Shown here piece by piece: positions 13,296-25,712 of a DNA stretch of 64,000 nt (its first letter is position 1; each line of letters starts with the position of its first letter). The stretch is from Nemertoderma westbladi. Its lineage: Eukaryota; Animalia; Xenacoelomorpha. Made by a program: the position numbers and the translations under genes. The notes under the pieces are model-generated. The model was given only the letters and a program-made list of their open reading frames with translations. It was not told the origin of the DNA and ran no database searches. The DNA is taken from NCBI GenBank assembly GCA_032718475.1, contig JAUCBJ010008617.1, forward strand, positions 1 through 64,000, in the 5' to 3' direction.

Positions 13296-13729
13296 ATCAA
13301 TGATTACTAGGGCGCTCTATATACTTATTAAGTTTAAATTATTAAGTTATTAATCTATATAAAAAATATATTTCATAATGTCCCTTTAGGGGCTCTGAAG
13401 ATAAACACATTTTCGTGATAAATATACATAATTGGCCGATTCTTAAACTAGCTCATTCAGTTGAATGGATAGCAAGTGATATCTCTAGAGTTCTCGAATT
13501 CGATGGAAATATATCTGGGGCGTACACTGAACAGGACAGGACACGCCAATGCAAATAAAGCAGCATGGAAAATCCTTGAAGATAAATTCCGGGATAAATT
13601 TTTTCATGGGTGTGTATCTCATGGTTAACACTCATTTGGGAAAGATATATTCTGCACCAGTAAAACCAATAATAGTGAACCGACCCGACCTACCCTGTTA
13701 ACTATCTATTCGATAGATATCTATTTACT

Positions 13730-14650
13730 GAATTTTTGTGTCAAATGCATAGAGGTTGTAAAATATTATGAAAGCGAAACTAGAGAAGATGCAATTAGCA
13801 AACAATGTCCACTGCCTTGTTATGCCAGCCACTACACAATGGGGAACAATAGAAGGTTGTTTCCACAGCCTAGTAGAGTCTGAATCTTTATTAAATGCTG
13901 TAGTTTTAGCTCATGAATCGTTATTAAATGCGGTTGTTTCAGCTCGAGATTTTGTTACTGGGCGAAAAATATGCCAGAGCTGTAGGAGATTATCACACGA
14001 GTGGAATTTGTTGAAAATATATGTCATCATGCTCTTACTATTATTGGCCCAATTGACAAATGCATTCACTACTTTCAAAAGTAATGACATTCCTATATGT
14101 GAAGTTTACAAATGTTTGTGAAATTTCCCAGAGTTATGTGACTTAGATATCACCGAGGTCGAGAAAGATTACTTAGTGATTCTCTGTAACAAGTCGATTT
14201 TATGTATGAGAATGGTCATGGTGTAGTGGGTAACTTCTAGATCCCCATTACCTCAGTATATGACGACCTATATGACGACTTTAAGGAGACCCTTGAAGAG
14301 TTTATATATAAGTTCCCCATAGATGGTCTTACTGCTTTTGCAAAGGAAAAAACAATAATGATGCAACAGTTCAAGGACTTTCAGATATACACATCAGCAC
14401 TGACAGAAAGATATGGATTTAGAATACAGGCGATTATGGCAAAGAAGAAAACTGTTAGGCAGTTCTAGTTGACTGATGGAAGATGTTGACCACATTTGCA
14501 AAAACTAGCCCTAAAGGTCTTTAGTGTCATAAACAGCCGCTTCAGAACAGAACTTATCTTCCTTTGGCTTCATGCATAGCAAGTTCCGAAATAGACTCGA
14601 TTCAAAGAAAGTTGAGATGAGTTTATATTAAAATTAACCATAAGCGTCTC
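13730..14650 (+). pseudogene. hAT transposase C-terminal part with dimerization domain
   Basis: PATTQWGT (TRW-like), LDPHY, HLQKLALKVF, TAASEQNLSSFGFMHSKFRNRL, read across frameshifts. Confidence 0.75.
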
Positions 14651-16081
14651 CAGTCTCTAGATACTGATGTTGTTCCAGAAATTGATTTAGGGGTGTCACA
14701 CAGAGCAATTTTACAGTACCGTGGATCTGGGTCTATTAAATTTAAAAATGCTTTAGATCCATGTTACAATTAACAATTTCTAAGTTACATAGAGTACTAA
14801 GCTACAAATTTATTTATTCGAGTTTGCCTTTGATTGCCTTTGATTCGAATTAAGAATTTATTTTTGAATCATAACTAGACTTATTAACCACAACTTGTTG
14901 AGTTATTTTCCCGGTTATTTTACCCAATATTTTACCATGGGCGAATACTACATCGAATACTAAAAAAAATACACGAAAGTGACATAAAAGCTATTTATGA
15001 ATTTATGAATATTTATGAATATAATATATTGCATTACTGCTTCAGTACTACTGCTGTCGGATTCTGTTTCGAATTCAGTAAAAAGCGTTTACTGTCACAT
15101 TTTCTAATGTGAACATTTCATATGGACCAGTACTGTAATACTCTTATTTCAATTTTCGACACGCCCATTTTCTTCAGTAGGCCTTAGGCCATATCATTTC
15201 TAAATTAAGCCATTGCGACGTCGCAAATTAAGGAGTTTGTTTTAAATAAATCGTAAAATTAATAATTGTCTTGAAATAAATAATGCGCACCATCACAACA
15301 ACTACTGTATAATATTCACATGCTGTATAATAACTACCGTAGTCCTAGGGTGTATGTGATATTACATATTAAAAACTGACAAATTTCGACAATATACTCG
15401 AAAATATAAAGTAACTGCTTGAACCTCTGTCATTACATTTACCATAATAATTACTTACAATTACATAAGATTAATATTATATTACTGTGGGCTCTGTTAG
15501 TAGTTCGCCGTTCCAATTTAGAAGCTGTACACAAAACAACCAAAATCCCGACAGGAAAAACGGGAATCGTGAATGTTACTCAAATTACAACTAAAAGAAC
15601 TGCAATAGTTTTTTTTCGAAAACATGTACACGTACAGTATAGGGTAGGTATTAGTTACTCTTATTCAATATAGTAATTACAGTACCGGTAGACTTTAAAA
15701 ATAAATTAATCATAACAATGCGTTATATTTAATGTTGAAATATTCCCTGAAACTGTAAATAAAACTTAAATCCTGCAAATCGTTTAAGCAAATAAATTAA
15801 ATAAAAATAAATAAATAAAAAATATGCCGAAATACAATTAAAGTAAATTAGTAGTGAAAAAATATATATTTAACAAAAATATAATTGTTATAAAATAATA
15901 GAAAATGGTAACGTAAAAATAGAAAGAGGATTTTTGACACAATCTGTGAAAATTAATATTTCAGTTCAGCGAATTTTAATGTTAATTTCACTAACAAATT
16001 AAGTGAAAGGACCAGGTAACAGTGGAACAGTAGTCTAACGAAAATAATAAACGAAAATCATCACTAGAACAAGTTTCAGTT

Positions 16082-17660
16082 TTATTTTTGCTGGTAATCA
16101 ACTGAAATTTGCATCGATTTCCAGTGATGAGAGCGTACCATTTTGATTGGGCAAAAGTCCCCCTTACTTAAAGTCTCCTTACTTGATCCTGATGCCAGAA
16201 CGACATTAGTTGCAGTTGCAGTATTAAATAACTTACACAAAGATGTCGCGGTGGTTGGCGCAGTGGTAGGCTTTGGAACCATCGTATTCTCCTGGGTTGT
16301 GTCTAATACTGTATAAACACTCGCTTCTGTGTCAACCTCAAGACTCCCCCGGAAATATTGGTTGTTGAGCTTTACTAATGTCATATTCATCACTTTAGGT
16401 GACTCGTGGTAACTCATGGTCGTTGCTAAATTGTTATGACCCAACTTTCGTTGAACGAATGCAGCAGGCATTCTATCACTGACAATACCCTTGGCTGTTG
16501 TTTTCCTTAGGCTCATGCCGACTAGATTCTTCCCAGCCAGGTCAATCACGGTACTTTTAGCTATGTCTTTGACAATTTTGTTGAAGTGGTTTTTTCCAGT
16601 TAGCTGAGAAGTAAACCATGAACTCATTGGATCTTTTGGTGTGGAAATCTTTGGCCTTACCCAGCAAGGCGCTTCATCATCAACAAGGCCATCTGGGAAT
16701 CGCTTGGCAATATGGAAGCTGTGTAGGAACACAGGACAAATAGCAGGATCTGATGGAACTTCGAAAGCAACTGGGGGAGACTCGCGTGGTTTGTTACAAC
16801 CTTTACATGTTTTGGTCATCATTCTTTCCGTGAATTCGAGAAAATGTAGTTTCCTTTGAGGGCAGTATAACTTTCGTATATCTTTTATTTTCATGTTTCG
16901 CATTTTAAGACCTGGGTGGAAACACAAGTGAATTAATTAAAGAAAATACTAATGTATTTCGTAACATGTACGGAGTGTCGTATCCAAGAGCACTGGATTC
17001 CTTTAAAAATGGGAAATCTTCTAGTTCCAAAGGAGTACTAGCACTTGGCAAGTTTCCTTTCCCAGCAGCCTTTAAGGATTGCATTCGTTTGTTATATATT
17101 TTCTGAGTTTTCCGGAATTCAAAACGTTCTAGTACATTACCATAGTCAAGATCTTCTCTTAAGTAACGAATAATACCGAAATAATAGGCATGTAGTGTTG
17201 TTGTCTCGAATTTATCGCCATTTGCCTTTTTGTAACGTTTGATAAAACTATTGACATTGTTGTCAAGCATGATTATACTCATCTGTTCAATAGGAATGTG
17301 ACATTTGATAGATTTTAAAATTTCGAAAATGTAGATATTGTTTGGTATTTTGCCTTGTGTTATGATTTTTGTGTAATTTTAAGTATTCGTCATTTACTGA
17401 AATCTTGAGAAAGTCGTAAATTTACATCACTCACTACATCAGCATCCAAAATGCCACTACTGTCATTTTCGGAACCAATGAAACTGGAAGTGAGACTATC
17501 ATCTGGCTGGCTCGCTATCTTCTAGGACTATACTTGTACCAGTAGTTTCAGGACTTACACCGGTGTTGGGATTCCCATTTTCTTCGAGTTCCATTTCGAA
17601 ATCAGAAAATAAGGCGTTTACAACATCATCTGTCAGACTATTGCTGGCATTGTAATTCAT
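16082..17660 (-). pseudogene. Crypton (CryptonA/DUF3504-like) tyrosine recombinase, frameshifted
   Basis: KKANGDKFETTTL, AGKGNLP, ERMMTKT, ICPV, WFTSQLTGKN and MSLRKT..LGH..SY. One frameshift near 16915 and a decayed N-terminus up to an ATG near 17660. Confidence 0.82.
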
Positions 17661-17775
17661 ATTTTATGTACACCTAGTCTAGTCAGAGTGTAGTACCATA
17701 CCGATATGGGGTTCTCTAAAGCGGAATTGAAAGTATTGGACCAGGCAGAATACAGTACTGCAGTATGCCTACCAA

Positions 17776-20700
17776 TTGACCAATATATAGGCCTACTGAG
17801 TTTTGAAAATACACAGAAGCTAAACTGAAAGTATCCGACCTTGTTGCGTTGCAGAACCGGTAATGGTAGGTGATTCTAAAAATGGTGCCCACGCAACGCT
17901 GCTGCACTTGCTGCAGTGGGGCTTGTTGGGGGTGTAGGTGCTCCAAAGCTGGAGTTCCCTGCATCTCGTGCACTCCACTAACCCTCAACAAATGCACCAA
18001 TGGACCAACGGCAACCGTCCTTCCAGCCAGTTCGTCGACGAATCATTCCTCTCCGAATTCATCATCTCAACCCACGGTTCTACACTCGACCTCGTCCTCG
18101 TCCACCTCCCTAGACTCTGGTTTAGATGACATGGATACCACTCTGGTACCCAAACCTGAGGGTCCCCTTGCTCCGACTGCTGTTTTCTCCCTGGTGGAAT
18201 CCATCGAGTCAGCCTTCGGAGGCGTCTGGGTCAACGAACCGGGCACCTCTACCGACTCCTTCTGGGCGGACATACACGAGCGCCTAACACACCTGCCATC
18301 GCGGCGGTACTTTGTTCCCAGCGGAAATGTTGGTAGGAGAGCAGCGGGGATGCTCACGGACGAGATCGCAGAACCTGCAGGGTAGTCCCCGGCCAGTGGG
18401 TGGTGACGCGGAGTTCTGGAACTCGCTACTGATGCGGTACGACACCCATAGTAGCCAGCTCCGGGAAGCATTCGCGGCCCTCGCGCGTCGGATGGTGGAC
18501 TCGGTGATTCCGGGCTCTCTGAGCCTGTCGACTTGTCGCCCTCAACAAACAGCCGGGTGTTCGACTGATCGGAGTCGGGGAGGTCCCCTACAGACTCCTT
18601 GCAAACTGTATCGTCTCTACTACTGGTTCCAATATCGGCCAGGTGTGCAGGGCAGACCAGCTGTATGGCGGGTTGAAGGCGGGAATCGAGGGCGCGGTAC
18701 ACTCCATGACCAGGCTTTTCGACCAGGAGGAATCCGACTGCATTCTGCTCGTGGATGCCAAAAACGCATTCAACTCCATCAGCCTCACTGCTGTATCAAC
18801 TGGCACAGATGCTCGCGGTTTATGTTCAATGCCTACAACGGCCACGCTGCTCTCTACCTCCCAGGCCAGGAGAGAACCCTCCCATCTGGAGCAAAGAGGG
18901 ATATATGCAGGGCGACCCACTTGCAATGGGTGGATATGGTTGCTCCTCGTTGCCACTGATCTGGGTTCTCCGCAGTGTTGCAGCTTCTTCACAGGCAGTG
19001 CAGGCGGTTGTCGCGCCCATACCGGAATCATTCGTTCCTCTGACTACACCGGCGGTGCAGGCAGTTGTCGCGCCAGTAATAGACTCATTCCTCCATCTTC
19101 ACCAACGGTGCAGGCATCTGTCGCGCCCGTAATGGACTCAATTGTTCCTCCGACTTCACCCGGGGTGCAGGCGGTTGTCGCGCCAGTAACAGACTCAGAC
19201 GTTTCTCTGACTTCACCGGCGGTGCAGGCTGTTGTCGTGCCCCTAACGGACCCAGTCGTTCCTCCGACCTCACCAGCAGTGCAGGCGGTTGTCGTGCCCA
19301 TAATGGACTCGGTTGTTCCTCCGAACTCACTGGCGGTGCAGGTGCAGGCATTTGTCGCACCCGTAATGGACTCGATTGTTCCCCAGATTTCACCGGCGGT
19401 GCAGGCAGTTGTCGCGCCAGTAACAGACTCGGTTGTTCCTCCGACTTCACCGGCGGTGCACGTGGTCATCGCGCCCATAACACACTCGATTGTCCCTCTG
19501 ACTTCACAGGCAGTGCAGGCGGTTGTCGCGCCAGTAATGGAGTCTGTCGTTCCTCCGATTTCACCAGCGGTGCAGGTGGTTGTCGCACCCGTAACAAACT
19601 CAGATGTTTCTCCGACTTCACCGGCAGTACAGGCTGATGTTGCACCCCTAATGGACCCGGTCATTCCCCCTACTTCACCAGCGGTGCAAGAACCATGCAA
19701 CAAGCGCTCGGACTGCTGCCAGTGTTGGTACGCTGACGATGCCTTGGCTGTTGGCAGACTGGCAGCTGTACATCGGTGGTGGCTGATGCTGAAAGAATTA
19801 GGCCCCTCAATCGGATACTTCCCCGAGCCGAGTAAGAGTCAGTTGGTTATCAAACACAGACTGGAAGACGCTGCCCACAAGATATTCGGCTCCAGCGGTG
19901 TCTGGATATCCCACGGCCACTACTTTCTTGTAGGCTATGTTGGCAACTCCGTTGGCAAGCGGGCGTTTCTAGCGGAGAAGGTGTCTGGCAGGACGAAGTC
20001 CATCGACATCCTAGCGGATGTCGCAACAGAGTTCCCTCAGACAGCCCACTCAGCGATGAGCCCGTTGTCTGCAAGCTGACTACATCCTCCGGGTGTGCAA
20101 CCCACACAAGTCAGAACTTGCTCCGATCCGGTCGATGTTGGTCAACCGATACATCCCCTCTCTTTTCGGTTCGACCCCCAGCCCGGCCCTTGATTGGCTC
20201 TTGCTTCTCCCGGTCCGACACGGTGGTCTAGGCATCCAGGATCCCATTGAGCAATCCGGGCCGGCCCATCTCGCATCGACTTCCAGTACTGCTAGGGTTG
20301 TGGAGGCCATAGAGACTCTGGTGGGCGTCTCCACGTTGCTGACCACGTCGCCTGCCTCAAGACAGCCCTTGTCGAGTGTCGACAGACACAGGACGCCACC
20401 TGTAAGGCCAAATTCGAGGCCTCTCTGGCGGCGTTCCTACTTGATCGGCGCCAAACTGTCAGCCGGGCGGTGAAATACAAGACTGGTGGATGGCTCTCCA
20501 CGCAACCCTCGCCCATAGACCACACCAACCTGGACCCGCAGTCTTTTCGGGACAACCTCGCGTTGCGTATAGTATGGCGCCCCCAGACCTTCCAGTAAAC
20601 TGCGAGGGCTGCAGCGAGCCCTTGGACACTGCGCACGCTCTCAGCTGCAAGTTTGGAGGGCTAGTTATTCGCCGGCACAATGAGATCAGGGACGTGTTTG

Positions 20701-21404
20701 GTGACCTTCTTGTGGAGGCCTTCGGTGCGACTAACGTCGAGCGGGAGGTCACCCTGGCCAAAGGTCACCTGGTCTTGGATGGGCAGGCGGTGGAGGGGGT
20801 GAGGGCGGATTTGGTATCCAGGGGTGTTTGGGCAAACCAGGTAGTGGCGTCTTTCGACGTATCGATTATAAATCTCGACGCCACTTCCTATGTTCGCTCC
20901 AACACCTCAACGGAGACCTTACTCGCCCAGAGGGAGCGGGTCTAGCAGGCGCACTACCAGGAGGCCTGTTACCTTCACCTTCACCCCATTGGTGTGTTCC
21001 ACTGATGGTGTGTGGGGTGCGGAGGTGGCTGTATTCATTCGGCACCATGCAGAGACCCTATGCTCTAAGAGGGTCGGGATGAGACAGCGGGGTTTGGGAG
21101 AGGTTTTGGGTGTGGTGAGGTGGTGGCTGCAGTTTGGTCTCCTTCGGGCGATCTCTCTGTGCCTCCGGGGTGGTAGGAGGCCGTGGCAGGGCCTCGGGTT
21201 TGGGGATGGGGCGGGGATTCGGGGTGTTGACCCAGATATGTACTGATTACATATCTGTTTCTTTATTGTAAATATTTACTGTTAACCTGTGCTTCAATCT
21301 TAATTATTCTACTTAGTTAATTTGTGATCATTTGTGCTTCACCTGATTTTATATTTTATTAATGGAATAATAAAAAGTTATGATTTTGTTGAAAAAAAAA
21401 AATA
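17776..21404 (+). mobile_element. CRE-clade non-LTR retrotransposon (RT plus RLE), near full length, decayed
   Basis: GLKAGIEGAVH, VDAKNAFNS, QGDPLAM, WYADD, GYFPEPSKS, GGLGI, CxxC..HALSCKFGG..RHNEIRD, RADL..FDV, and poly(A) at 21392-21402. Candidate TSD at(g/a)cctaccaa at 17765-17775 and 21405-21415. Confidence 0.88.
18986..19692 (+). repeat. 57-bp coding minisatellite (~12.4 units of TSPAVQAVVAPVTDSVVPP) inside the CRE RT
   Basis: Units counted from the translations of ORFs 18755-19132 and 18643-20079. Confidence 0.92.
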
Positions 21405-22049
21405 ATACCTACCAACAGTGCGAAGTGTAGGTTACACTTCGCAGTGGGTACAGCCTGGAGAAAAAGAGATGACAGAGCTGTCAAAGTGCGTTCAAAATGC
21501 GATACAAAACGACCAGTGTCACAGCGAAGTGTATCTGTGAATCAGGCTTTATATATAAGGTCCTACTGGTTGGACTGTATAATAGTTTTAAACTACAGTA
21601 GTAACTTGCTTGGCCTGCATTTCTAAACTGATGTTTGTTTAGTCACTAGGCAACCATTCTGTTGCTAAGCTAAATGTAGAATAAGTGGGAAATAATATAG
21701 TTATTTTCCCTAGGGCAAAACGCCCTGTAGAAATACATTGTTCTTGTTATTTTCCCGCAAATTAATGTGTAATAACTATATTTTTTATTATTTGAACAGT
21801 GTGCATGGAAATATTCCCGCTCCCAATAGAGGCATTGCACAGTAGAGACCAATTAAATAATTAGTGTATAAAAAAGTCAAAATTTAAATTTGCAACTTAT
21901 ATACTGATTTTGGGTTCAGTTCTAGAATTCTTGCCTGGAAACCATTCCGCACACCAGACATGGTTGAAGCATACCATAACTTTGGCCCCTCATATCCGTA
22001 ATATCAATTTTGTTTGGAAATGAGTAATGGAAATGTAAAAAAAAATAGT

Positions 22050-22435
22050 AACCGTAATACAATTAAGTCAATATGGTAGGACAGTACTGCGTACACATAC
22101 CAGGGTTAGATATTCATACGTAATACATTTCATACAAATCAACCAACAATAATTATTTAACGAAAACTGGAAACAATCTCGAAATACAAGTTAAAAGAAG
22201 TATACATAATACAGTTAAGTCAATACTGTAGGATATAAATGTATACACACACCATGGTTAGATATTCATATGTAATACATATAATACAAATGAACTAACA
22301 ATAATTAGAGAAAAAATGGAAACCATATAGAAATAAAGTATCCGTAATACAGTTTTAAGTCACTACTGTAGGACAAAAATGTACACACAGACACCAGGGT
22401 TAAACAAAAAGTGGAAATAATCTCGAAATGCAAAT
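22050..22435. repeat. Degenerate ~140-150-bp tandem repeat, about 3 units
   Basis: The motif taatacagttaagtcaatactgtaggac..accagggtta recurs near 22055, 22208 and 22345. Confidence 0.65.
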
Positions 22436-22772
22436 TAATTAGCAAGTCGTAGGACTTGATTACTGTAAGAATTGTTGGCTGATTGACTGGCTGGCTGGCT
22501 GACTGGCTGGCTGGCTGACTGACTGACTGATCTACAGCCAAAACTACTCTAACGATTTCGATGAAATTTTCACAGCGGCTAGATACCGCGATTCTAAGGT
22601 CCCTGGTATGTTCCGCTATTTCGTCCATGAGCCATGGGCTCGAAAAATAGACATAAACGAAAAAACGCCATAGGCGCAATGGTAAAATAACACCAATGAC
22701 AGCTTGTTGATGGAATTTACATTTGATTGATGACTTCCGACTTGCTTAACGGCGTCTTGACGCCGTCTCTAG
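22436..22772 (+). mobile_element. Helentron/Helitron-associated non-autonomous element (HINE/DINE-1-like)
   Basis: Subterminal inverted repeats agcaagtcg (22441) and cgacttgct (22738), an internal (CTGG/CTGA)n microsatellite, and a 3' hairpin acggcgtc-tt-gacgccgt followed by CTAG. Confidence 0.75.
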
Positions 22773-23439
22773 TTAAGGTAAATGTTAATTTACCTTAATT
22801 TTAAAATAAAATAAAATAATTTTAGTTCTGTAAATACTGTGGGCTAATTTGTATATGTATCACATATTAATATCTAACACTGAGAGTGTATGTACATTTC
22901 TTTCTGTCCTATATGATTGTTGTTATGGTTGGTGTGATGTGAATGAATAACATTTCTTATTTATGATTCCTGAAGCTGTTGTTTGGTTATATTGGTTTTT
23001 GGTGGAAGGAAATTTAAAGTGTACTCTAGTCAAAGTTTTTCGGTTCTTAGTTAATTCTGTTTACCGGTACCACTTGCCACCCAAAAGGGTTTTGAAATAT
23101 TGCAATCATTTTATTTTTTACTTCATCCTATCTAAATTCATCAAATCTAAATTATAAATTAGAAATATTTAATCCTTTGAAAATATATTAATTCTAATAT
23201 TCAAATATATCATATTATTTAAATTGGATATGGCGGATTCCACTCCTGGTCTCAATTTGACTTTTCAATAATCCAGAAGACAATAACACAGAAGACTGAA
23301 GAGTATCGAAATATACTGAAGAAGTCAGAAGTACTGTGAAACAGAATCTGTTAAGAATAAGTTTGTGAAATTCCCAACAGATGTTCAGAAACTCTTTTAT
23401 GTTGCTTCATGTAGGTGTGTTCGTGCCACCATATAGATG

Positions 23440-24296
23440 GCATGCCACTGAGGTCTTTATGAGTGTTTGGAGCTCATTCTCCCCATTTTGTGGAAATGTA
23501 TAGGACAAATAGAGTCCCTCAAGAACTGAAAACAAATAAATTGGTCTCAGCCCCAGAGGAGGGCAATCTAACAACCGTATTTTCCGATATTAACCGATAT
23601 TTTCGTGTAATCTCGCTAATCTTGATTGATACAAAGCCATACAACAGAATTATATTAAATCACATCAGGGACCCTGTCGAGGGACTGTTACATGGGAACC
23701 AGAATGGGTTCAGTAAAGGTCGTGGAACCATGGAGCCTATTCTGGCACTTCGAAGGATAATCAAAGAGTTATCAATAAAGAAAGACATGACATGCTATTA
23801 TCTATGTTGACTTCTTTAAAGCCTACAATTCAGTCTCCCGACCCCATATGTTCAGCATACTGGCAGCATAGGGATTCCTGAGGAAATTATTGCAGCTATC
23901 ATATCACTGTACAATAGCCATTCAAAGTCGTATGGGGAGTCCTTCTGGGTGACACACTTGCACCATTTTTATTTGTAATTGTGGTTGATTTTGTTTTATT
24001 CACGTACTGAGACCATTTTAATAAATATGGGGTGATGGTAACACCCCCCACAGGCACAAGAGGTAGAGGAAATCCAGCAAAGTACCTTACTGATCTAGAC
24101 TTTGCTGATGACTTAGAGGTACTGTCAGAATCACTAGATGGAGCACAAAGACTCCTCTGCTTATTGGAGCAGGTGCTTCTATTGTTTGACTTTTTGTAAA
24201 CTCAAAGAAGACCAAAATCATGACAGTTAACCTAGACTGCCCTAAAGAAATGTCTAATCGTAAGGGCATAAGCTCTAAAGATGGCTCCCAGGAAGG
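23440..24296 (+). mobile_element. RTE LINE RT fragment, left part (continues at 33287)
   Basis: NQNGFSKGRGT, GDTLAPFLF and DLDFADD remnants. Similar to 5340-5900. Confidence 0.85.
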
Positions 24297-25712
24297 GGAT
24301 AGTTATTTTTACAGAACACAGCAGAACACAATAGAATACAGGCGGAACATAGGCGAACACAGCTGTAATTAAAATCTACACCAAAAAATAGCACATTTGG
24401 GAAAGTACCATACTTAATCATACAACTGTAAGATGTCAATTACATATTTAAATTAAATGGCAGTTTTCCATATCCTCCAAAATAAATTACCTGATCAGAG
24501 TTGCCCGATCAGCGGTTCGGTTAGGCCTGTACCTGTTACTATGTAGTCCAGTAGTCTGCCTGTCAGCCTGTTCCAGTACTGCAGTAGGCCTAGTGCTGTA
24601 GAGACATGTACAGACTGACAGACTGTACATTGTACAGGCAGACAGATATAGGCTTCCTACAGTCCTACTGTTCTATTGCAGTATTGCTGTATTGTCACTG
24701 CTGCGCTATCACACCGTCTGACCGTATTGCATACCGCTATGCTGCTATTTGTACCGGTAAATCCTGAAATTCAGTATGACTGTAGGAGTAGAGGAGGTCT
24801 GGCTGCCTGGAGATAGGCTCACTTTTATTTCATAGTTCCTACTTAGCAGCTTGGTGTGGTTTGTAGGTCAGTCTGTCGTCAATAGCCTTCCTGCCTTTGC
24901 TTTATGCCTACCGCTGTGTACAGTGCAGCTTAACACAGTACGGCCCTTAAATGCCAAAACCGTCTAACTCATTTTTACATAGTTTTGAGAAAAACGCAAA
25001 ATGCTTTCCGGGCCTGTCATTTGATTTCTGATTGGTGGAAATCCTGTAAAATGATGTCATTAGGTAAGTCATAGTCATAGAATTGTTTGAACAGCTTATT
25101 TTGAACTGAAACTCCTATCTACATAGTGTAATGTGAGATAGAGCGTATTTGCTTTTATGTTTTCATAGACATTTGTATGCCAAAACCGTCTATCTCAGAG
25201 TTAGTCTGTTTTGGCATGTATAAATTTGCTGTATAACCTGGAGTTCTAGATATTCATTTATGCCAAAACCGTCTATCTCAGATATAGTCTGTTTTGGAAT
25301 AATTAGATTTGTTGTTTAATATCAATAATCTTAAGTTCCAGAATATTTTATATATTGGTTGAGGGTGGGTGTTGGATGTGTAAACGCAACAGGTTGGAGT
25401 GAGGGGGTGGGGTGTGGGTTGGTTGGTGGTTGAGTAGGAGGTTTTGTGGCTGGAAGCTGGAAGGCCATAGTAAAGTAAAGCAGTAGGTAATAGAATAATG
25501 TGGAAACAACATAATTTATCAAATTATGATTATCTAATATTATTGAGGTTCTATTGATATTATTCAAATTTACTAATAACTAATTAATTTATAACAATCG
25601 ATTTGTATTGAATGTAATAAACAAGCATACAAAGGTTGTTTATAGTTCTCAAAAAGACACAAATCACAGCAAACCAATCTAACTCTCATAATACTCGTAC
25701 TTGTTATACTCC

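Noticed and set aside
19044-19703. Antifreeze-like Thr/Cys repeat ORF (TACTAGEVGG) on the minus strand
   Set aside because: It is the antisense shadow of the 57-bp repeat. The plus frame is the one continuous with the RT motifs.
21415-21550. Possible Crypton or MITE terminus (tgcgaagtgta..tacacttcgca hairpin)
   Set aside because: I could not find a convincing matching end on the other side of the recombinase gene.
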